From the NCBI GenBank assembly GCA_934613415.1, contig CAKTSY010000001.1, positions 120,001-152,000 on the forward strand: a DNA stretch of 32,000 nt, given 5' to 3'. This document shows positions 7,990-16,059 of the stretch, one piece after another. The notes under the pieces were generated by a model, which worked only from the letters and a program-made list of their open reading frames with translations, ran no database searches and was not told where the DNA came from. How positions within the stretch are numbered: the first letter of the stretch is position 1; every line of letters begins with the position of its first letter. The translations under genes and the position numbers were made by a program. Source of the stretch: an uncultured Opitutales bacterium. Lineage in GTDB: Bacteria > Verrucomicrobiota > Verrucomicrobiia > Opitutales > Intestinicryptomonadaceae.

Positions 7990-9352
7990 GCAGTTTGTTG
8001 TTATTGTTTAATTCCAACACCTTGTTGTTGTTAAAGATTTTCATCTTTTCAAGCCACGCTTCGAATTCGGGGGCAGGTCTTAGCCCAAGCAACTGGCGCG
8101 CATATAAAATGTCGTGAAAAGACGTTGTTTGATACCCAAGCATAACGTCGTCGCAGCCTGGAATGCCCATTGCATAGTTTAACCCCGCCGCCGCCAAAAG
8201 CGTAAGCAAGGTGTCCATATCGTCTTGATCTGCCTCGGCATGGTTTGTGTAGCAAATATCGCACCCCATAGGCAGGCCAAGCAACTTGCCGCAAAAGTGG
8301 TCTTCCAAACCAGCCCTTATTATTTGCTTGCCGTTATACAAATATTCGGGGCCTATAAACCCTACAACCGTATTTACAAGCAAAGGTCTAAATTCGCGCG
8401 CCACTGCATAGGCTCTGGCCTCGCAAGTTTGCATGTCTACATTCCAGTTGCCCTCTGCCGACAATGCCGAGCCCTGCCCCGTTTCGAAATACATTACGTT
8501 GTCTCCAATAGTGCCTCTGTGCAGCGACAATGCGGCTTCGTGAGCCTCCTTTAAAATCCCCAAATTTATGCCGAAATTTTTATTTGCAATTTCGGTGCCC
8601 GCAATGGATTGAAAAACCAAATCTACGGGCCCGCCGTTTTCCATAACGGCAATAGCGTTTGTTACATGCGAAAGCACGCACGATTGCGTGGGGATTTCGT
8701 AGCGGTGCACAAGCTCGTCTATAAGCTTTAAGATTTCCGTCATTGCCGACACGCTGTCGGTTGCGGGGTTTATGCCTATTACGGCGTCGCCGCTGCCGTA
8801 CAGCAGGCCGTCAAGCATTGAGGCCGCAATCGCCTTAAGGTTGTCGGAAGGGTCGTTCGGTTGCAGTCTTGAAGAAAACCTGCCCTTTAGGCCTATTGTG
8901 TCTCTAAACTTTGTTATAACCTGACGCTTAGAGGCCACCAAAATCAAGTCTTGGTTGCCCATAATTTTCGAAACTGCCGCAACCATTTCGGGGGTTAAGC
9001 CCCAAGTGATTTCCTCTAAAACCTTGCCGTCGGTTTCGTAGCACAGCAGCCAGTCTCTAAATTCGCCCACGGTAAAAGACGAAATAGGCTTGAATGCCTC
9101 TTTGTTGTGGCGGTCTAAAATAAGCCGCGTAACTTCGTCTTCTTCGTAGGGAATTAAAGGCTCTGTAAGGAACATTTCAAGCGGAACGTCGGCCAGACAC
9201 ATTTGGGCTGCAACCCTTTCTTCGTAGTCGGCGGCGGCAACTTTCGCAAGCACGTCGCCCGAGCGCAGGGGCGACGCCTTTGCCATTAGCTCCTTTAAAG
9301 AGTGGAAATTATGGGTTTTGTTCCCAACTAAAATGCTCCAAGACTTTTTCAT
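7958..9352 (-). CDS. eutB: ethanolamine ammonia-lyase large subunit EutB (AdoCbl-dependent)
   Basis: 464 aa. FHSLKELMAKASPLRSGDVLAKVAAADYEERVAAQMCLADVPL...EDEVTRLI...GINPATDS...VLSHVT...FQSIAGTE...YFETGQGSALS...PMGCDICYTNH is the EutB family pattern. The ATG lies 7 nt after the dctM stop. Confidence 0.92.
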   Translation of the reverse strand: MKKSWSILVGNKTHNFHSLKELMAKASPLRSGDVLAKVAAADYEERVAAQMCLADVPLEMFLTEPLIPYEEDEVTRLILDRHNKEAFKPISSFTVGEFRDWLLCYETDGKVLEEITWGLTPEMVAAVSKIMGNQDLILVASKRQVITKFRDTIGLKGRFSSRLQPNDPSDNLKAIAASMLDGLLYGSGDAVIGINPATDSVSAMTEILKLIDELVHRYEIPTQSCVLSHVTNAIAVMENGGPVDLVFQSIAGTEIANKNFGINLGILKEAHEAALSLHRGTIGDNVMYFETGQGSALSAEGNWNVDMQTCEARAYAVAREFRPLLVNTVVGFIGPEYLYNGKQIIRAGLEDHFCGKLLGLPMGCDICYTNHAEADQDDMDTLLTLLAAAGLNYAMGIPGCDDVMLGYQTTSFHDILYARQLLGLRPAPEFEAWLEKMKIFNNNKVLELNNNNKLLADYGFTDNK

Positions 9353-9359
9353 TTTTCAA

Positions 9360-10685
9360 TTACATTTTAGTGTTGAACAGCGACGGTATCCACAATGCGA
9401 TTTCGGGGAATATCATTATAAGAATCAACGCCAGCAACATAAGACCTACAAAGGGAATTATAGAGGCATATATATCCCTTATTGTTATGCTTTTCGGCGA
9501 CATTGCGCGCATAAGGAACAAGTTGTAGCCGAAAGGCGGTGTTATATATGCAATTTGGCAGGTGATTGTGTAAAGTATGCCGAACCATATCGGGTTAAAG
9601 CCAAGCTTTATAACCAAAGGTATGTACAAGGGTGCAACTATTACAAGCATTGCGGTATCGTCCAAAAATATGCCCAATATTATGAACGACAATTGCATTA
9701 AAAGCAGCACTTGCCACGGCGACAAACCCCAGTCGTTAAGGAACAGGCCCTCCAAGGCTCTAACCGCGCCTAGGCCATCGAATACGGCGGCAAACGCAAG
9801 GGCTGCCATCATAACCCACATAAACATTGCCGAGTTATCCAAAGTTTCGCGCAATATTTTCTTAAAGAGCTTCCACGAAAGCCTGCGACGGAACAGCGCC
9901 ACCAAAAACGCGGCAAACGCGCCAAATGCCGAGCTTTCTACCAAGCTTGTAAGCCCGAAGAAAAACGAACCTATAACCGAAAATATCAGCAAAAGCGGAA
10001 TTATGCCCGCGCTTAAAACCTTTAGCTTTTCCTTTAGCGTATAATTGCGCTCGCTTTTTGGAAGCACCGGGCCCATCTTCGGGTTAAAGTGGCACCTAAT
10101 AAGAATATATGCCAAAAACAAACCCGTCATCAATAACCCGGGGCCTATGCCCGCAAGCCAAAGTTGGCTTACCGGTTGGCGGGCAATCATACCATACAAA
10201 ACCAAGACTATGCTTGGCGGAATTAAAATGCCCAGCGAGCTACCCGCTTGTATAAGGCCGCTAATCATGCGCTTGTCGTAATTGCGCTTTAGCAGTTCCG
10301 GTAGTGCAACGCTACAGCCTATTGCCATACCCGCAACGCTAAGGCCGTTCATGCAGGAAATAAGCACCATTACAAACAATGTGCCCACAGCCAAGCCGCC
10401 TTTTAGCGAGCCCATCCAAACGTGGAACATATGGTACATATCGTTTGCAATGCCCGATTCCGAAAGCATAAAGCCCATAAACACAAACAACGGCAGCGTT
10501 AGCATTGGGTACCAGTTAAACAGTTTTATGGCGGCGTTAAAACCCAACGCCGTGCTGCCGTCGCCCCACAAAAGCAGGGCTGCCGCCACACCCACAAAGC
10601 CCATCGCCGCAAACACCCTTTGCCCTGTAAGCATAAGCAGCATTAGCGTCGAAAACATCAACAAAATTATCATTGCAGGAGACAT
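9360..10685 (-). CDS. dctM: TRAP transporter large permease subunit (DctM family)
   Basis: 441-aa polytopic membrane protein. The N-terminus ILLMFSTLMLLMLTGQRVFAAMGFVG and the overall hydrophobic profile are typical of DctM. A GGAAGGAAG Shine-Dalgarno sequence sits inside the dctQ 3' end, and there is a 1-nt gap to the dctQ stop. Confidence 0.88.
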   Translation of the reverse strand: MSPAMIILLMFSTLMLLMLTGQRVFAAMGFVGVAAALLLWGDGSTALGFNAAIKLFNWYPMLTLPLFVFMGFMLSESGIANDMYHMFHVWMGSLKGGLAVGTLFVMVLISCMNGLSVAGMAIGCSVALPELLKRNYDKRMISGLIQAGSSLGILIPPSIVLVLYGMIARQPVSQLWLAGIGPGLLMTGLFLAYILIRCHFNPKMGPVLPKSERNYTLKEKLKVLSAGIIPLLLIFSVIGSFFFGLTSLVESSAFGAFAAFLVALFRRRLSWKLFKKILRETLDNSAMFMWVMMAALAFAAVFDGLGAVRALEGLFLNDWGLSPWQVLLLMQLSFIILGIFLDDTAMLVIVAPLYIPLVIKLGFNPIWFGILYTITCQIAYITPPFGYNLFLMRAMSPKSITIRDIYASIIPFVGLMLLALILIMIFPEIALWIPSLFNTKM

Positions 10686-10686
10686 T

Positions 10687-11283
10687 TTAATACTTCCTTC
10701 CTATTGCGTAGCAAAAATCCTTCAACAATTCGGCAGTGGCTTGCAAAAGCATCAACGCCATACCCGAAGTCATAATTATCTTAATTGGAGCCATTGGGGG
10801 CTTCCAAACACTGTGGTTGCGTTGGTCGAATTCAAGCGCAAACGCCGAGCTGTCGTAGCCGCCTTTTACCATTATGTATAGGTAAAACAGCATAAAGAAC
10901 ACGGTAAATACGTCTACCAAAGCCTTGGTTCTCGGCTTCCAGCGTTCATATAGAAAGTCCATTCTTACATGTATGCCGTGCTTTAGGCTGCTTGCCCCGC
11001 CCAGAATGTAGTAGGCGGCCATTGTAAACTGCGCCATTTCCATAACCCAAATTTCGGGGCGGTGAAACGCATTTGTTACAATAGAATATAGCAATATGCC
11101 CATCATAGCCAAAAGCAGATACATTGCCCCTGCTCCCACAAACTCGCTTAATTTGCCGACATATTTTATATACACGCGCATTAGCCTTAAAATGGGCGCG
11201 CCCATCTTTTCGCCAACCTTGTGCCAATCGACCGAATCAAGCCATTCGTCTAAATCGTCGAATCTCGTTCTTCTTATAATCAT
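10687..11283 (-). CDS. dctQ: TRAP transporter small permease subunit (DctQ family)
   Basis: 198 aa with about four hydrophobic helices. It is positioned between TRAP binding-protein and DctM genes. It has a longer-than-usual cytoplasmic N-terminus. Confidence 0.75.
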   Translation of the reverse strand: MIIRRTRFDDLDEWLDSVDWHKVGEKMGAPILRLMRVYIKYVGKLSEFVGAGAMYLLLAMMGILLYSIVTNAFHRPEIWVMEMAQFTMAAYYILGGASSLKHGIHVRMDFLYERWKPRTKALVDVFTVFFMLFYLYIMVKGGYDSSAFALEFDQRNHSVWKPPMAPIKIIMTSGMALMLLQATAELLKDFCYAIGRKY

Positions 11284-11330
11284 AAAAAAACACCCAATAT
11301 ATTAGTTAAAAGATACGCCGCAAAGCCCCC

Positions 11331-11389
11331 GCCTGAATGCAAAGCTTTTGTTTGCAAACGGGCAGCGGGCCGCAGCATTTTTTATGCGG
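11331..11389 (-). promoter_or_regulatory. two intercistronic stem-loops directly after the TRAP binding-protein gene
   Basis: In mRNA sense the first hairpin is CCGCA-UAAAAAAUGC-UGCGG (11389-11370). The second is GCCCG-UU-UGCAAA-CAAAAGC-UUUGCA-UU-CAGGC (11363-11331, with one A.C mismatch). Neither is followed by a strong U-tract. Confidence 0.35.
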
Positions 11390-11392
11390 ATT

Positions 11393-12484
11393 TTATCTAT
11401 ACGGAGAACCCGCCTTTTCCATCATTGCGTTGTAGTCGCGCAATATTTTTACAACTTGTTTTTGACGCGGTGTGCCCTTGGCGATTAGTTCGTCCCAAAA
11501 CTTTACGGCTTCGGTTTCTACAACTTTCCATTCGTCGGCGGGAATGGTTGTAAGTTTTAGTTTGCCGCCGTTTACGCGCAGGTTTGCCTCGCCGCCCCAA
11601 TACCAGTATTGACGGTAGTAGTGCGAATAATCCATACAAACCTTAAACAATTCTTGCAGGTGCGGGGGAATCTTTTCCCAGGATTTTGTGTTTGCCAAAA
11701 ACGAGCCAATCCACGCGCCCGAAATATTGTTTGTTAAAAAGTAGTTTGTAGCGTTCGACCACCCTACTGTGTAGGCCTCGGTTATGCCGCACCATACAAC
11801 GCCGTCTAGCTCGCCGGTACGCATTGCCATTTCAATATCCTCTACGGGAATTGTAACGGGAACTATGCCAAAGCGCGTTAAAAAGCGACCTGCCGTTGGG
11901 AATGTATAAAGCTTTTTGCCCTTAATATCGGCAAGCGAGCGAATGGGGTCTTTGGTAATAAAGTTGCAAGGGTCCCACGAACCCGAGCTTAGCCAGGTAA
12001 CATTTTTAACTTCTTTATACGATTCCGCCCAAAGCTTGCCCAAACCGAATTCGTTGAACAAGGCGGGAACGTCTAGCGAGTAGCGTGTTGCCAAAGGGAA
12101 ATATGCGCTAAAGGGAGCGACATCTGCGGGAGAACCCATGGAATCGTCGTCGCTTTGTACACAATCTAAAGTGCCTTGTTGCAGTGCGCTAAACAACTCG
12201 CTAGTGGGCACCAACTGATCGGCGTAATACAACTCTATTTTCATCTCGCCGTTGGCGATTTTATTGAATGCGTCTACGGCGGGTTTAATTACATGCGCGC
12301 CCAATGCCGTGCTTGCATACGTTTGCATACGCCACCTTATGGGCTTTTTGGCCGCACCCATTACATAGGGAGCCCCCATAATGGCAGCAGTTCCAATACC
12401 GAGAGTCTTAAAAAAGCCCCTCTTGTTCATGCGTCCTGCCGAAGCGGCAGGTGCGGTTTCCTTTTTTGTATTTGTTGTATTCAT
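11393..12484 (-). CDS. dctP: TRAP transporter substrate-binding protein (DctP-type, COG4663-like) with Tat-type signal
   Basis: 363 aa. NKRGFFKTLGIGTAAIMGAPYVMGAAK is a Tat-like leader with a K-R variant. IRWRMQTY...GEMKIELYYADQLVPTSELFSALQQGTLD is the TRAP extracytoplasmic solute receptor pattern. Confidence 0.85.
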   Translation of the reverse strand: MNTTNTKKETAPAASAGRMNKRGFFKTLGIGTAAIMGAPYVMGAAKKPIRWRMQTYASTALGAHVIKPAVDAFNKIANGEMKIELYYADQLVPTSELFSALQQGTLDCVQSDDDSMGSPADVAPFSAYFPLATRYSLDVPALFNEFGLGKLWAESYKEVKNVTWLSSGSWDPCNFITKDPIRSLADIKGKKLYTFPTAGRFLTRFGIVPVTIPVEDIEMAMRTGELDGVVWCGITEAYTVGWSNATNYFLTNNISGAWIGSFLANTKSWEKIPPHLQELFKVCMDYSHYYRQYWYWGGEANLRVNGGKLKLTTIPADEWKVVETEAVKFWDELIAKGTPRQKQVVKILRDYNAMMEKAGSPYR

Positions 12485-12613
12485 AGTTTTTATAGCCTGT
12501 TTTTAAACTATGCTTTTTATATTAGCATTATCTGTGCCAGTTTTTTGCAGGCACATATTTTTGCTAATTATCAACAATATACAAACAATGCGGTGTTTTT
12601 TGACACCATATGC

Positions 12614-12662
12614 GCATACAAATTTGTATGCAGCTACCAATTTGTAGCAAACAAATTTGAGC
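12614..12662. promoter_or_regulatory. cluster of AAATTT-centred palindromes (candidate operator) upstream of dctP
   Basis: GCATACAAATTTGTATGC (12614-12631) is a perfect 18-bp palindrome. GCTACCAATTTGTAGC (12633-12648) is a 16-bp palindrome with one mismatched pair. A third copy, AACAAATTTGAGC, lies at 12649-12662. The cluster sits 130-180 nt upstream of the dctP ATG and just downstream of the pduO terminator. Confidence 0.5.
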
Positions 12663-12694
12663 AAAAAAATGCCCAAAACGAAAATGCTTTGGGC
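12662..12694 (-). terminator. rho-independent terminator after the adenosyltransferase gene
   Basis: GCCCAAA (12671-12677) pairs with TTTGGGC (12688-12694). On the minus strand the hairpin is followed by AUUUUUUUG (plus-strand A-run 12663-12669). Confidence 0.65.
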
Positions 12695-12731
12695 GAAAAT
12701 CTAAAATCTTAAATTGCTTTGCCGTTTGTAT

Positions 12732-13250
12732 TTATTTTGCCTCCTGCGACAAAATCCAAAGCAAGTCGGAAAGCCTGTTTATATATTTTAGCGGGAAATC
12801 TCTTGCCAAACCCTCAGAATTTGCAAGGGCAACAATTTCCCTTTCGGCAAATCGGCAACGCGTGCGCGCCATATCCAAAGCCGCCTGCAAATGGTTTTCG
12901 CCCGAATATGTCCAAGAATTAAACAGGTTGCCGCTATCTTCTGCCGCCTGAATTTTGTCCTCAAAAAACTTTAAATCGCTTTCGTCCAATAGGTGGATTT
13001 TATGCTCTTTTAGTTTGTAAAAATCTTCATTGGCGGTTGCAAGCTCGGTCATTAAAAACACAAGCGACTTTTGTATTTTTAAAATAAATTCGCCCAAGTC
13101 TTTATCTGCAAAAGAGCGCGCAAAGCCAAGCGTTGCCGATAGGTCGTCTACCGCGCCGTACGCGCATACCCTTGGCGAGTTTTTAAAAACGCTTTTGCCG
13201 AACATAAGCTTTGTTTTGCCGGCGTCTCCCGTTTTGGTGGAAATTTTCAT
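12732..13250 (-). CDS. pduO: PduO-type ATP:cob(I)alamin adenosyltransferase
   Basis: I prefer the ATG at 13250, giving MKISTKTGDAGKTKLMFG..., which matches the PduO/MMAB N-terminal T-x-TGDxGxT motif. The 25 extra residues in track ORF 12732..13325 look non-native. The C-terminus ARTRCRFAEREIVAL...YINRLSDLLWIL is typical of the family. Confidence 0.85.
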   Translation of the reverse strand: MKISTKTGDAGKTKLMFGKSVFKNSPRVCAYGAVDDLSATLGFARSFADKDLGEFILKIQKSLVFLMTELATANEDFYKLKEHKIHLLDESDLKFFEDKIQAAEDSGNLFNSWTYSGENHLQAALDMARTRCRFAEREIVALANSEGLARDFPLKYINRLSDLLWILSQEAK

Positions 13251-13358
13251 AGTTTTTTTGCGAAATAAAAATTCGCGGCAAAAAAATTTCAAGCATTTTT
13301 TCGGCAAAACTTTTGCTGTTTGCAAAAATAATCGCCGAATAACTCCTTTGTGTTTTCC

Positions 13359-14996
13359 CTATTTTATGAAAACTTCGGGATATTTTTGAATGAAATACGC
13401 GGGCGTGCAGCTCCAAGCATGGCATGCGCTGTTAGACGGGTAAAATCCGTAGGGAGAAATATAGTCGTTGTTCGGGTCGTAGGCCTCCCAAAAAGTGTCG
13501 GCACCCTTTTTTACCATAGAGCCCCAATAATTTAATAGATACTCTCTTGCTTCGTCTTTCATACCGCAGGCGAGCATTGCCTCTATTAAATAGTGCGTGG
13601 CGTATGGGGTTCCAAGCTTTACCGACTTTGGGTCTGCAAGCGCGTTTTTAATTGCCGTTTTTTGTTGTTGCCTTGTGCCGACATTTGCCAACGCAAACCA
13701 AGCCTGCGTTAATACCGAAACCTGCCCGCTTGGGCATACAAAAACATTGCGGTTTTTGTCGAAGAGCTTTTCGAAAGATGCGGCTTGCATATCTTCTTGA
13801 ATTTCCTCCCAATTTTCGGAGCTTTTGCCCAGCATTTGCGCAAGCTGCCTAGTTTGCGACAGCGCAAAAATCGTGGCCGCCTGCATACACGCCGTAGGGT
13901 CGAATCCGTCGCGCCAGTCGAAAAACCTCCAACCCTTTTTCTTGCCGTCGTGCATCGAGTTTTTGTCTACATATTCAAGGGCAAGCTCTATTTGCCTTTT
14001 TGCAACGGGCCAAAGGTCTTGTGCGGTTTCGTAGTCTTTTGTGTCTTTTAAATATTCAAGAAGCGTACTGTTAAATAGCAAACTGTACGAAATGCAATTA
14101 GACCTTTGCGAATGAGGAAAAGGCTTTTCGAAACAATTAGGATACACAAAACCGTTTTTGCCCGAAAGTCCGGCAAACAGATACAGGCACCTTTTTGTAA
14201 GGTTAAAATTTTTAAAGGTTTTTGCGTTTGCAAGCGATTCTAAATATAAGTCACCTAGCCAAAGGCGTTGGTCGCGCTTGGGGCCGTCTTCGTAGACGGT
14301 TTGCATACATTCGGCAAGCGTTTTTAACGCAACTTTGTAGATGTCTGCAATATCTTTCGAGGCGTTGACAGGCAGCTTTTCGGGAACATTGTTTGCAGAA
14401 GTTTGCGCCGTTATAAACATATCGTCTATGGCAAAATCGAAATATTTTGAATAGCCCAAAAGCTCTATTTTTAAATACCTAAACGAAACCCTGCGCGGGA
14501 TTGTGTAGGGTTTCCCCATTTCGGTTAAGGTAATAATTTCGTCTTGCATCCAAGCGCGCGAAAGCGAGCATTTCCAGGGATCCAACGGCGTGTTAAGCTC
14601 GGCGGGCAATTCGCCGAAAAAGAATTTTACCCTTACAGGGGCATCTAATGGGGCGTTAAAGAGCTTTGTTTTAAACGTAAAGTAGCCCGTATAGTGGTCG
14701 CCAAAATCCAGCGTTATTGTTTTAATTTTTCTGAAATCGCTCCTATATATGTCCCCTACTTTTTGCCCGTTTTTTACGTATTTTATGCCCTGAAACGCCG
14801 AAGGGTCTTTATGGGCTTGCACAACAAATTTTGGGCGCACAATTTTATAGCTTAATTTCGGGGTAAGGCTTTCTGCCTTTTTTAGCCAGCCGCCGCGCTG
14901 TTCGGCAAAAATGTCGCCATTCGCGCAAAATGCGTTTGCAAACCCCATACATATAATAAGAAAAACCGCTCCTGTAAATTTCATTCTTTCGTACAT
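13359..14996 (-). CDS. secreted six-hairpin (alpha/alpha)6 glycosidase, GH78 alpha-L-rhamnosidase-like
   Basis: Signal peptide MKFTGAVFLIICMGFANAFC (alternative start at 14984). YEDGPKRDQRLWLGDL matches the GH78 D-x-P-x-R-(D/E)-x-x-W-x-GD motif. The C-terminal TFWEAYD...SACHAWSCTPAYF matches the GH78 catalytic-domain end. The protein is shorter than classical GH78 enzymes. Confidence 0.65.
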   Translation of the reverse strand: MYERMKFTGAVFLIICMGFANAFCANGDIFAEQRGGWLKKAESLTPKLSYKIVRPKFVVQAHKDPSAFQGIKYVKNGQKVGDIYRSDFRKIKTITLDFGDHYTGYFTFKTKLFNAPLDAPVRVKFFFGELPAELNTPLDPWKCSLSRAWMQDEIITLTEMGKPYTIPRRVSFRYLKIELLGYSKYFDFAIDDMFITAQTSANNVPEKLPVNASKDIADIYKVALKTLAECMQTVYEDGPKRDQRLWLGDLYLESLANAKTFKNFNLTKRCLYLFAGLSGKNGFVYPNCFEKPFPHSQRSNCISYSLLFNSTLLEYLKDTKDYETAQDLWPVAKRQIELALEYVDKNSMHDGKKKGWRFFDWRDGFDPTACMQAATIFALSQTRQLAQMLGKSSENWEEIQEDMQAASFEKLFDKNRNVFVCPSGQVSVLTQAWFALANVGTRQQQKTAIKNALADPKSVKLGTPYATHYLIEAMLACGMKDEAREYLLNYWGSMVKKGADTFWEAYDPNNDYISPYGFYPSNSACHAWSCTPAYFIQKYPEVFIK

Positions 14997-15114
14997 ATTT
15001 TAACCGAAAAATTTTGGCAAGAAAACAAATTTTGCACCTTGACAACAAACAAAGTTAGAACAAACTAACATTTGCAAAAAAATTAAAAACATCTACTTGA
15101 CCGAGGAAAAATTT

Positions 15115-15693
15115 ATGGCGATAACAAAAAGCATTATGGAAATTTTTAAGAATACCAACAATACCGACGCTTTGCCCGCGCTGCTTGCGCAAAAGCCGCC
15201 CTCTTTTGCGGGTGTGTTGGAGGTTGTGCATTCAATCCCGGGTAGAATAAGGGTAAAGATTCCGTCAACAAAGGGCGTGCCCGTTTTAAGCGACAACATT
15301 GTTAAGGCAATGTCGCCCGTGCGCGGCGTTAAAAAAATTTCGGCAAACGCTTTGTTGGGAACATTTTTAATTGAGTACGACAGCGCGGTTTTGTCGCCAA
15401 CGATAGTTGTTTCGGCGTTGACATATTGCTTTAACTTTGAAGGCGAAATGAGGGCGCGCAAGTCGATTCTTGCCAAAGAGCTTTCTACGGTGGGCTTTGC
15501 GCTAAATCAGGCATTGCTTAGCCGCACAAAGGGCATATTAGACATTAGAGCGGCAATAACCCTTCTTTTGGTATTTCAGCTTGTAAAGTCTATACCCATT
15601 GTAAGGAGAAAACTTGGACTACAGGCATCGCCTACATATTTCCCGATAAACCTTATTTGGTGGCTATTCCAAAGCGTATCGCACAGCAGATGA
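15115..15693 (+). CDS. stand-alone cysteine-less HMA-like (HMA2-type) domain protein 1
   Basis: The track ORF starts at TTG 15097. I prefer ATG 15115, which is preceded by AGGAAAA 8 nt upstream. The domain core is VVHSIPGRIRVKIP...VRGVKKISANALLGTFLIEYD, with no CxxC. The C-terminal half is amphipathic and hydrophobic (AAITLLLVFQLVKSI). The stop overlaps the next start (ATGA 15690-15693). Confidence 0.7.
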   Translation: MAITKSIMEIFKNTNNTDALPALLAQKPPSFAGVLEVVHSIPGRIRVKIPSTKGVPVLSDNIVKAMSPVRGVKKISANALLGTFLIEYDSAVLSPTIVVSALTYCFNFEGEMRARKSILAKELSTVGFALNQALLSRTKGILDIRAAITLLLVFQLVKSIPIVRRKLGLQASPTYFPINLIWWLFQSVSHSR

Positions 15694-16055
15694 ACTCTAT
15701 ACAAAAAACCTTCATAAAACTTTTGGGCAAACCGAAAATTGTACACAGCATTCCGGGCAGGCTAAGGATAAACATTTGGGGGCTAAAAAACAACCCCGAG
15801 TATGTCGCCGAATATGCCGACGCCCTTATTGGCGTGCTAAAGTCTAAAAAGGGGATAAGCGATGTTTCCCTAAACCAATATACGGGCAATGTTTTGGTTG
15901 AATATACCCCCAAAAACATAACCGAAAGCGAAATAACCTGCTGGATAGACACCGCTTGGCAAACCGTTTTAGACTCTTTGAAGACGATAGAAAATCCCGA
16001 CGACGAGCGCAAACTTGTTGCCGATATTTGCGAAAAACTTTCAAAATTAGGCTAA
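15690..16055 (+). CDS. stand-alone cysteine-less HMA-like (HMA2-type) domain protein 2
   Basis: ATG 15690 is translationally coupled to the upstream gene (the track gives TTG 15657). The core IVHSIPGRLRINIW...KKGISDVSLNQYTGNVLVEYTP is a paralogue of the upstream domain. The stop lies 4 nt before the ATPase ATG. Confidence 0.7.
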   Translation: MNSIQKTFIKLLGKPKIVHSIPGRLRINIWGLKNNPEYVAEYADALIGVLKSKKGISDVSLNQYTGNVLVEYTPKNITESEITCWIDTAWQTVLDSLKTIENPDDERKLVADICEKLSKLG

Positions 16056-16059
16056 AAAA

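Noticed and set aside
7147-13250. Bacterial microcompartment (eut metabolosome) locus
   Set aside because: No BMC-H/BMC-P shell protein genes (EutM/K/L/N-like) and no eutE, eutD or eutG occur in or next to the eutBC block. This is a non-compartmentalised minimal locus.
13251-13325. Longer start (13325) for the adenosyltransferase, and 27107 for GH43, as given in the ORF track
   Set aside because: The extensions add non-conserved, basic or odd N-termini. For GH43 the extension overlaps the upstream SGNH gene. The internal ATGs give the family-typical N-terminus (MKISTKTGD...) and a clean lipoprotein signal peptide (MKKQLAIIFALSALLCGC).
12485-13358. Looked for an adenosylcobalamin riboswitch, or ANTAR/EutX-type terminator pairs, in the leaders of the TRAP-eut operon and of pduO
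   Set aside because: I could not find a B12-box-like conserved core or the multi-stem architecture. Only simple hairpins and palindromes are present. A covariance-model scan (Rfam cobalamin, ANTAR targets) would be needed to exclude it formally.
15039-15069. TTGACA (15039-15044) and inverted repeat GTTAG-N6-CTAAC (15054-15069) upstream of the ATPase module, considered as promoter and operator
   Set aside because: No acceptable -10 hexamer lies at 16-19 nt spacing, and the 5-bp arms are too short to be significant in AT-rich DNA. This is possibly real but is not supportable from sequence alone.
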